From the human T2T-CHM13v2.0 reference genome, Homo sapiens: a stretch of 64,000 nucleotides of DNA. This document shows positions 54,626 to 64,000 of the stretch, piece by piece. The DNA lies in NCBI RefSeq assembly GCF_009914755.1, contig NC_060926.1, one strand, 5' to 3'. The notes under the pieces were generated by a model. The model worked only from the letters and a program-made list of their open reading frames with translations. It ran no database searches and was not told the origin of the DNA. Positions within the stretch are counted from its first letter, which is position 1; each line of letters starts with the position of its first letter. The translations under genes and the position numbers were made by a program.

Positions 54626-54924
54626 GGCTGGGCGCGGTGGCTCACGCCTGTAATCCCAACACTTTGGGAGGCCGAGGCGGGTGGATCATGAGGTCAGGAA
54701 ATCGAGACCATCCTGGCCAACATGGTGAAACGCCGTCTCTACTAAAAATAGAAAAATTAGGTGGGCCTGGTGGCACGCACCTGTAGTCCCGGTTACTCAG
54801 GAGGCTGAGGTAGGAGAATCGCTTGTACCGGGGAGGCAGAGGTTGCAGTGAGCCGAGATCGTGCCACTGCACTACTCCAGCCTGCCGACAGAGCGAGACT
54901 CCGTCTCAATAAATAAATAAATAG
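54626..54924 (+). mobile_element. Full-length Alu (AluSc-like)
   Basis: GGATCATGAGGTCAGGAAATCGAGACCATCCTGGCC; (AAAT)n tail; TSD AACCTAACTA at 54616-54625 and 54925-54934. Confidence 0.96.
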
Positions 54925-55254
54925 AACCTAACTAATATAACATTTGAAATTTGGTCCTTTCCAGAATCTTTTCCCATCTTTTTAACATGCAGGTGCAGAG
55001 TGGATACAAGGCTGCCTCGTGTTTCCCATTTTTCTCCTAATGGAATTCATGTCTGGGTCTCCATGTGTCGCCGGAGTCCACTCCCGCTGAATGGATGGCT
55101 GCCCAGGGTTCTCTGCTCCTAGGGCACATTTGCTCAGCAGCTCCCTGTGGTAGAAAACTGGCTGGGCCCATTCCCACCACTGGAAAGTCACTTTAGTGCA
55201 GTGTCTTCTTGCCTCTAAGATACATTGGCCTTCCATTCTTTGAGCCTTGTGGGG

Positions 55255-55435
55255 TTAATGAGATGGAGAGTGAAGTAGGTATTTTTGTTCTCCCTCAGAC
55301 CCTCATGGACAAGTCATGTTTTACCTCTGTGCTTCAGTGTTCTCCTCTTCAAAACAGGGAGGATGAGAAGTCCCCTTTCCCAGAGGACTATGAAGATTAA
55401 ATGAGATAGTGTGTAGCTCATCATAAATGCTCAAG
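55255..55435 (+). mobile_element. MIR
   Basis: GGACAAGTCA...ACCTCTGTGCTTCAGT...GAAGATTAAATGAGATA. Confidence 0.6.
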
Positions 55436-56937
55436 AAAGGGGAGCATAGAAGTAATAATTAGAGTAACCCCCTGAATTATCCTTGTTCTGGGAAAGCAGA
55501 CAAGTCCGGTGGGCTGGGGGCCAACTTCCTCAGCCCCTCCGTGGGGACCCAGCCCGGAGGGAACCTGAGACTTGGCCTATGGCTCCTCCTCCCACATGAC
55601 CCTGACGCTGTAAATGTCGCCTAACAGTCTTAAGCAGTTTTCACTGTGACCTGTTGTTATTTTCCTTGCTTAGAAGTAAAGATGTAAGCGTTGGAGCCTA
55701 CCCGTTGACTCGTGAGAGAACCCAGTGGTCCTCTGGGAGGGCAAGTGTTTGAGCCACTGGGGATTAGGGAGCAAGAGCCTGGCTGCAAAGAGAGGGGGGA
55801 TCTTCCCTTCTCCAGGAGATGCTCACGGATCTCAGGCCCTCGCTTTCCTCTGTCTGCTGAGCCCCATTTGGGCCTCTGCCTCTGCTACTTCCGTGGCCTA
55901 GAAAAGGCAGCCCTAGAAAAGAAACCCCAGCTGTCCCCTCCGGGAAGGCTCTGTGCACCTTCTCCATGCTGGTGTGGGCGCTGTAGCACTCCCTGGCCAG
56001 TACCCAGGACACCTGAGCTCCCCACCAGCTTCCACACGCAGCAAGCACCGCATGTGCTTGCTCCCCACTGGGCCTGGTCCACAGCTGCACACGCCAACAC
56101 ATGCACCTGGTCCAGGGCCCCAGCCATCCCCTGCCCTCCACAGTCACTCCTAGGTCTGAGCCACCCCACAGCTGTCCCTTTCCTTTCTCCTATCCCCATA
56201 TCATGAACTGGGTGACCATCCTCCAAGAGAGTGGCTCCAGATGTCCTGAGCAGGCATCAGAAGCAGCCAAAGTGTTCAGTCTCCTCTGCTTTCTCGGAAA
56301 AATGTTTTCTTTTTATTAGTGACTTCCCCCAGGCAATCCTTAACCCAGGGAAAGAGGCTGCTCTGTGGGCCTAGTGAGGGCTGGGCTGCCAGGCGGCATG
56401 TGGAGAGCCCACTTCTCTCCTCTCTGGGAGTCCTGCACAGACCATGCCCTGGAATGCACTTTCCAGTCTCAAGGCTTTTCTCATGTTCTGTGGGGTCTGT
56501 GCCCAGAGGCTATGTCAGAAGCTGCAGCCACCAAGCGGGGACAGCCTCCCTAGGTAAACTGACAATGACCCTCCGCTAGTCAGTCTTGGACCCGTCCACT
56601 ACCCCGTCATCCACCCACGACTTCTTCCAGCCAGATCCAGCTCCTATGTTGTCAGCCTTGGCAATACCCCAGGGTCCCAGGTCCCCCGTCCTCCCCTCCC
56701 CCCCAGGCTCCCTCCCACCCAGGCATTCTGACCTGCTAGCTCAGACCCAGAATCCTGCCTCCCATGGCATCCGATGACTCCCCCTGGCCAGTGTGCCAAG
56801 GCCTCTAGACAGCTGCTGCCACACCCTCCAACTCTGGCCAGCCCCGCAGCAGAATGAGGCTTGGGCCCAGGACCAGGGTGTTGCCCTATTTAGGAGCTGT
56901 CAGCAGAGGGAGTGTTGGCATAAACCACCCTGGGGTA

Positions 56938-57434
56938 TGTGAACCCAGAAAATCTGAGACAGGTCTCGGTGAATTTAGAAAGTTTATTTTGCCAAGTTGA
57001 GGACTCGCCTGTGACACAGCCTCAGGAAGTCCTGACGACATGTTCCCAAGGTGGTCGGGGGACAGCTTGGTTTCATCCATTTTAGGGAGACATGAGACAT
57101 CAATCAATATATGTAAGAAGTATATCGGTTCTGTCTGGAAAGGTGGGACAACTTGAAGCAAAGGCAGGAAGACCCAAAGTGAGGAGGGAGCTTCCAGGTC
57201 CCAGATAGGTGAGACACAAAGATTGCATTGTTTTGAGTTTCTGATTAGCCTTTCCAAAGGAGGCAATCAGATATGAATCTATCTCAGTGGGCAGAGGAAC
57301 TTTTATTAATGAACTTGATTTTATTAATGAACAAATTTATTTTGAATAGAATGGGAGGCTGGTTTGCCCTAAGCAATTTCCAGCTTGAGTTTTCCTTAGA
57401 GATTTTGGAGGCCCCAAGATATTTTCCTTTCACT
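56938..57434 (-). mobile_element. ERV1 solo LTR, MER4A-like
   Basis: TGTGAACCCAGAAAATCTGAGACAGGTCTC...TTTTCCTTTCAC matches recalled MER4A reverse complement; 4-bp TSD GGTA at 56934-56937 and 57435-57438. Confidence 0.9.
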
Positions 57435-59029
57435 GGTATCATCCACCCAGGAGAGAAGCCAGGTCAGGGAGTGGCAGAGAGAGGAGGACGGGTCTGAAGA
57501 CTTCCTAGTCTCATTGAAGGTGGTCAGTGACCACCCCAGGTGAGGGTGAAGCCCTCTGCTAAATAGAAAGCAGCCCAGACAAGGCCAAATCCACCTCAAA
57601 ACGGGGTACAGGGCAGGGGTGTTCATCGTGTTAATTCTGTTGGGCTTGGCCTCTGCGCTTTCATGGGCTCAGATACCTAAGCCTTCCAGGGCCTCAGGTG
57701 CCTGATCTGCACCCAGGGAGGGCTGGAGGGAAAGGAGCCTGAAGGGGCTTTCAGGGCCTTCTGTGATTCGTTGACTACTTCAAACAAAAACAAAGCCTTC
57801 CCAGCCGGGGTGATGGAGGAAAATAAGAACAAAGCTGGCTGTGTTTGCTTGTGTTGGAATCCAAGGAGGGGACCTACTGGAATTTCCCTCCCTTTGCTGG
57901 AGGCCAAGGTCAGGCCACTGCCCTGACCTCTGTTTCCTGGGCCCTGAGATCATGGCACTGTCAGAGCCCACTGGGAAGGACAGGCGCAGGTGATTATTTA
58001 TACAAGTCTTTTCTTTCAGTGGACTATTTACGTACTCCCAACACTTTAAGGAAAGAAACTTTGGTTTCACAGTGGATGAAAGTTTTCCCATGCTTTAAGG
58101 TGACTCTTTCATACATTTCTTCTTAGTACAACACAAATCTCATTATAGGAATTTCAGTATTTTAACAAAAGGAACCACAGTCATCGTAATGAGATCCCCG
58201 AATAAAGTTCAGTTCATTTTCATCTGTCTTTTCTCCCCAAATATTATTGCTAGAAATGTTACATTATCATAAACCCGAGTTCAGGATGCATAGTTTCCAC
58301 AATTGTCTTCTTTCCTCCATATACAAATTCTGATTACTGCTTTCATTTTACAAAGACCACCGCCCCCCCCCCGCTCCCCCTCAGGGGTGTTTCCATCTTC
58401 TCAGATATTTTTCTTTGCCTTACCCCAAGCTACGTACATAACCGGATGGCTAGAATTAGGAGAGTCGATGGTGGATATTCCTGTATCCGTCTATCTGCCC
58501 CCTGCCTGCCATGTGGTGTGGGATACATGCAGGAGGTATCCTGGGAGGGGACTGCTTCGAGGGGCTTCCCCAAGGGCATTCCTTGTGGCCATGCAGAAGG
58601 CCATGCAGAAGGACTCCCAGGGAAGGCTGTGGCCCAAGCCCTCCTAGCCAGCTCTGCCTGCAGGAGGAAGGACAAGGGACTCCTACATGGCACCCTTGGA
58701 GGCGAGGTTCGTGCACTGGAAGTTTCCAAGCAGACTTTATTTCCACTCAGCCATGTCAGAAACCTCTAGCAGGACTGGTGCTCTAACTTCACACAGGGTT
58801 TCAGAGTCAGGGCCTTCTCCCTAGTACAGTGAAGCTGCAGGTGCAGCCTGTCCCCTAGGTCCATGTGCTGCATTGGGCCAGCTGGGCAGTCATGAGCTCC
58901 TTCAGCATCCTCAGGCCCAGTAGCCACTCCTCTCTGCCTCCTCCCTGGTGTCTATTGATGTCTCTGCAGGGAACATGCTCCAGGTGACCCAGACACTGAG
59001 CACTTTGCAGGCAGGCAGCATCCTCCCCA

Positions 59030-59180
59030 TAGCTAAGAGTAGTAACTACCTGTACCCCATTTCTTGGGAGGAAACAGAGGCTCAGTTTCAGCACGTTGTT
59101 CAATAGACTGCAGCCAGATGGTAAACATCAGAGCCAGGACGTAAGGCTCTGTTGAATTCCAAAGCCCACACTCTTAAGCA
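59030..59180 (-). mobile_element. MIR
   Basis: CCCCATTT...GAGGAAACAGAGGCTCAG...CAGAGCCAGGA...TTCCAAAGCCCACACTCTTAA. Confidence 0.7.
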
Positions 59181-59520
59181 GTCTGTGGTCTTAGTAGTAT
59201 CATTAATTATGCAATGATGCATCAATACTCAGGGGTCCCGTAGAGGTAGTTGGGACGTTTATCCCTGAACTAAATGGTCAAAGCTCACTATGCTTACTAA
59301 GTTTGTGCACCTGCTTTTCACAGCCTTTCTGCATCTCCCCTTATTCTCATTAGTTAAACTTGCCATGGTCATTGTTTTTGCCTAAAGCACTAGTACCCAC
59401 CTGACCTGCTGTGGACCTGCTTGTTAGAATTGTTTGCAAAGGAAGCATCCATAGGCTATGAACAAGGATGCTGGGGCTTGCCTGTGAACACCAAGCTTCA
59501 GTGTGTGTTTATTCTAAGGC

Positions 59521-59832
<312 letters not shown>

Positions 59833-61320
59833 TGATTGCTTTTTGAATTTTGGTTATGTTTGGGATCACAGAAGGATGCTTGTTCTTATTTCTGGGCAGA
59901 TGGAAGACCTTTTACCTTTTTGAAATCTGATCAGAAAAAAAAAAAAGCTTTTTGCAGGTTGGAGAGTCATCAGGTGGGGTGGGAAGGTGAGGCGGGTCTT
60001 TTGGGTTCTCTTCCCACAAAGTAGGCTGGTAGCCTTGAGTATGAGTGGGGAAACCCATGGCTCAGTCTCTGGAGAGAGAGTTTCTTCTCCTCCAACCCAA
60101 GCCCTGAGTCTGGACCCCCGAGCTTTTATTCCTGACTCCAGTGGCAACTCTCTCTAAAGCCATCTACCACCTCCAGGCCAGGCTGTTGGACGTGCAGCTC
60201 TTCCCCTGCTGCCGCCACAGAGTTTACAGAGTAAGCCCAGCCCTGCAGAGGTGACCAGTGCTGTGCAGATGTGAGGACCTGCATGGACTCGACTTTGTCA
60301 GTGCCCTGATTGCGTTCCCTGTGGAGCTGACCACGAGAGCAGGTGTTAGAGCCGTCTCTGAAGAACTGAATGTTAGAATCTATGCGCCTGCCTGTGGGGG
60401 TGGTTACGGGCATTTAGTGGGGAGGGGGGATGGTTCTCAGAACCTTGGGGGGCAGAGGCATTCAGAACTGCCTGGCATTCTCACTTCCACTGGTTTCTTT
60501 ACCAGCACCAGTGTGCATTTTGTTCAGCAAACCCGGAACTCAGGAAGCTTTGCCACCTGGGTGCCTGTCAGCGGCAGCACGGTCCACCCCAGGGTGGGCT
60601 GGGGCAGAGGGCCTGCATGCCACAGCGAGAGCAGAAAGGGAGCAGAGCCATTTTGTAGAGCGAGTTTTCCAACCCCTCTTATGATCCTTCCTCTATTCTA
60701 AAGCAAAGGACATAAATACTAAACGGTGGTTCTTGCCAGTGCTGATAAGGAAAACCAGTAAATGCAGGAGTCTCATTAAGAAAATCCTAAAATTTTAGTC
60801 TTATCACTGCTGCAACATAATACAGTAAGTATGTTAATTCTAACCTCCCTTAGCTTCCCCCCGCCAAAATCCCTTTCAGCTAAGGCTGGCAGGAATGAAC
60901 TGCACTCTGGCTACAGACTGAAGCCACGTCTGATTTGGATTTTTTTCCTCGCCTTGGCTTCACGTAGTGAGTCTCCTATTTGGGTGGACATGGCTTTTAC
61001 CCCCTCATACTTCCCAGCTGCCTTTGCCATTATTCAGTTCAACAAACATTGAGGAAGTACCTACTGTGTGCAGGCCACAGTCGTAGGAGCTGGGAAATGT
61101 CAGAGTCAGCTGAGTTCATCTCTTTGCAAGAGCCAATAAGCCGACGAGGGAGCAATGATTTATAGGCCAAGCCTGCCAGCCGGCCTTGTCCCCAGCAAAG
61201 ACTCATTTCAACAAGCTTCTCTTCCAAGTGATTATTTGCTGTTTGTACTGCTTGGACTTGGCACGCTTCTACAATTCCTTTTACCAAAGAGGAAAGAGGA
61301 ACCTTGAAGTAAGTACTTAC

Positions 61321-61620
61321 CTCGTAAAGAGAAGATTCCATGCGTCTTTCGGGAGCTTGCCTAAACACCACCAGCGTTGCTCTGTCATGTGAATGAGTTT
61401 TTTTTACCAGCATGCCTTCCTCTTCCGAAGGCCTTCCCCATCTAGGGTTTTTTCTCCCCATGACACCTCTGTGTCGTAGGTAGCGGAGATGCAAGTGTTC
61501 CCATTTCTCGGAAAAGGAAGCCGATGCTGGAGCGGGGGATGACTTGCTCAGTGCTGTGCTAGGGAGTGGCAGAGCCACCCAGGCCCAAGTGCCCGGCTCC
61601 TCATCCACATCTCTTTCCAT
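61321..61620 (-). CDS. Putative coding exon 1 (aa 1-100) of a nested antisense two-exon ORF, 163 aa, no recognisable domain
   Basis: True ATG with G at -3 and G at +4. Exactly 100 codons (MERDVDEE...SSLYE) end at a consensus donor GAG|GTAAGT, phase 0. Coding status is unproven. Confidence 0.4.
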
Positions 61621-61624
61621 TACA

Positions 61625-61900
61625 CCAAACCCAGAGCGGGCAGGCAGGGCAGAAGAGACTACAGAAGCACAGGCGCCTGCTGGGCCGGCCTTGGCTCGGA
61701 GGGGCTCAGGAAGACCCGGGAAGTAGCAGGCCAGGAAATACCTTTAGGTCCTGCCCCGGGCTCCCGGGAGGCGTCGGCAGGAGAAGCAGGGCAGCAGCTG
61801 TGAGTCACGGTGATGGATGTTCATGGCTCACGGGTGGGCGGCTCGCGCGTGCACTGGTGCCAGGGTGGCCACACGGCTGGCAGGCCAGTGGGCTGGGTGT
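61625..61900. promoter_or_regulatory. GC/CpG-enriched promoter- or enhancer-like block upstream of the antisense ORF
   Basis: E-box CAGCTG 61795-61800 abutting AP-1 TGAGTCA 61801-61807; GC box GGGTGGGCGG 61832-61841; CGCGCG run; ETS-like GGAAGT/GGAAAT. Confidence 0.5.
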
Positions 61901-64000
61901 CACATTTCAGCAACATGATCTCTGCTCTGCCCAAGTGAGGAGGAACATGCTTGCGGGCATCTGTGGCCTTCAACTCAGAGAGGGGGTAGGTGGAGGGACG
62001 AGGTGGTTGAGAGGACCCCTCTGATTCGATCTGTTCCGTTCCTTTGCTGGCCTTGCCACCCTTTCCAGTGCTGTGCATGTGTCCCTCCCAAGAGTCCAGA
62101 AAGCTGGATTTAAAAGTCAAAGTTTCTGAAGGACTTCATGGTGAGCAGAACACATTTGGTATGAAAACATTACAGGAAAACAAAAGCCTCCCAGGCTTCC
62201 TGCCTCTCAGCAAAAGAATTGGAAGGCATTTTCCATGTGGGGAGGGAGGCCATTTCTATTTCATGGGGATCTTAAAAGTAATTTTGCTGCCTGTAATTTT
62301 TTTTATCCAAACTCTCTCAGACTTTGGTTCTCAGCTGGATGACTTAGTGATCTCTAAAATGTGCTGACATTCTGGCTCGTAAGAATACATACTGTTACTT
62401 TTAATGAATGAGATTTGTTTTTAAAAGATCTCCTCAAATCAGCTGAGCACTCCAGGTGCAGCTATGGCACTGATGCTGGGAGGGGAGGCCAAATGCCTGA
62501 CTTCAAGGTGCTGGGAGCTAAGTATTCCTGTCTCGGCACGTAGGAGGGAGGAAAAAGCCAGAGAAGACTTGAGGACTGAGAATACAGGCTAAGGCCAGGC
62601 CCACGCCTGGAAGAGAAGAACTTTCTCTTTGTCTCCTTGCCCACTGCCTGTCCCTGAGCCTGCGGGACTGGGAGGGCAGAGGACACTTCTGGGGTTTGGC
62701 CCAGAGAATTTATTTCTTCTTTTCTTGTTTTCCGCTACACCACGTGGCTTCAGACCATGACATTTCTGTTCAATGCCATCAGTGCCTTGGTTTGAGGAGA
62801 ATGTCTGTGTACCCAGCTTCCATGGCCAAGAAGAAATGGTGGCCGGAGCTTGCTGGCATCTGCTCTTGCCCTGTCTCCCTTCCTCTCTCTCCTGCGTGAC
62901 CAGCAGCCAAGGGACAGTTCCTTCTGGCCAGGCAGTGGGATGGAGCTAAGGGGGAGGAGATGCAGGAGCAAGGCCCAGACCCCCGTCCTGAGCTTGGCGG
63001 CGAGGGGCCTGGTTTTGCCCTGCCTGGGAAGAGTAAGGCATGGAACCTGCTGGGACTTTCCTCGCTCCCCAGAGGCCGAGTGAGCCCCAGCCCCTGCCCC
63101 CTCCCCGAGGCGAGCCAGCAGAGCCAGGGCCCACCCGCTATTTTTAGAAAGCTATCAGGTGCGCAGGACGCCCAGTTGCCTTTTTCCACCTATTCGGGCT
63201 CATTCTAGGGATCCTGTGTTGCTGCCCCAGGCCCCACCTGTCCTGATGTGATTGTCTTACTGTGGCCTGGAGCTGGCACGAAGCTTCCTCCCGATGCAAC
63301 CCAGCCACCCTTCTGGCCTCATCTGGCCATGGCAAGTCACGTCCCTGACATCCGTGGACCTGCAGCCATTGTGTCCTCAGAAGCGTGGATGTTGGGCCCT
63401 AATGTTTGCCCTCCTCTGCTTCCTTGAGAGGAAGGTAAAGGCTGAAAGGGAAAAGCAGGTTAGGAAAAACCTGGAATAGGGATCCCATCGTGAGGAGTGT
63501 TAAGTCATTGAGTAGAAGATTCTGGAGCCTTTGTTCTAGAGGAAGCTGCATGGAGTGTGCAGTCTGGCAGGGGATGCCCACGTGCAGTCGTGGTGTTCAT
63601 TGCCAGCGCATGCAGTTCAGAGGAACGTGGGCGGTCGGAGGAAGCGTCACAGGGGAGGGGAAACCAGAGCTGTGGTCAGGGCATGCGGGAGGGGTGGCAT
63701 CGAAGGCAGAGGGACCACAAATGCTGCGCTCTTGGCCTGGCAGCGGGACAGCCCATGCGTGACTAAGGAACGCCGAGGAGGCACGAGGCTGGTGCAGAGG
63801 GCTCTGCAGGGGCCGGGGGAGGAGAGCCTGGAGAGAGCCTGAGACGCCCTGAATTCCAGGTGAGGTGTCTGGACGAGATCCAGCAGATGGTGGGAAAAAC
63901 CACTGAAGGTTGGAGGGGAGAGAGAGGAGCCTAGTGGGCTGGTGGCCTGCTCTGCCCTCTGCCTACCAGAGTGACCTGGCCTCCTCATGGTCATAGAGCA

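Noticed and set aside
60258-60701. 147-aa ORF with a protein-like N-terminal stretch
   Set aside because: GTG start, no recognisable family, no flanking splice signals or processed-pseudogene hallmarks.

Overview
Primate, almost certainly human, non-coding genomic DNA rich in Alu, MIR, L1, L2, LTR and MER fossils. There are no prokaryotic-type features: no operons, rRNA, tRNA or CRISPR. The one clear host-gene feature is a 108-nt spliced exon on the + strand (12934-13041), which I recognise from memory as a non-coding 5'UTR exon of KLHL29, so the rest of the window is probably its two long flanking introns. Nearly all six-frame ORFs are chance or repeat-derived. The most interesting signal is a nested antisense two-exon ORF. 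It runs from ATG 61620 to a GAG|GTAAGT donor at 61321, across a 16.7-kb intron to a pyrimidine-rich CAG acceptor at 44588, and ends at TAG 44397, joining in frame to 163 aa beside a promoter-like GC-rich block. Other observations are an old inverted duplication around a 6-kb spacer, a 305-bp 94%-identical direct duplication, an Alu+L1 chimeric insertion, a uORF in the host exon, candidate cryptic exons and a bZIP/UPRE motif cluster. Repeat family names come from recalled consensus sequences, and boundaries of old repeats are approximate. I see no evidence for a wholly new multi-gene system.
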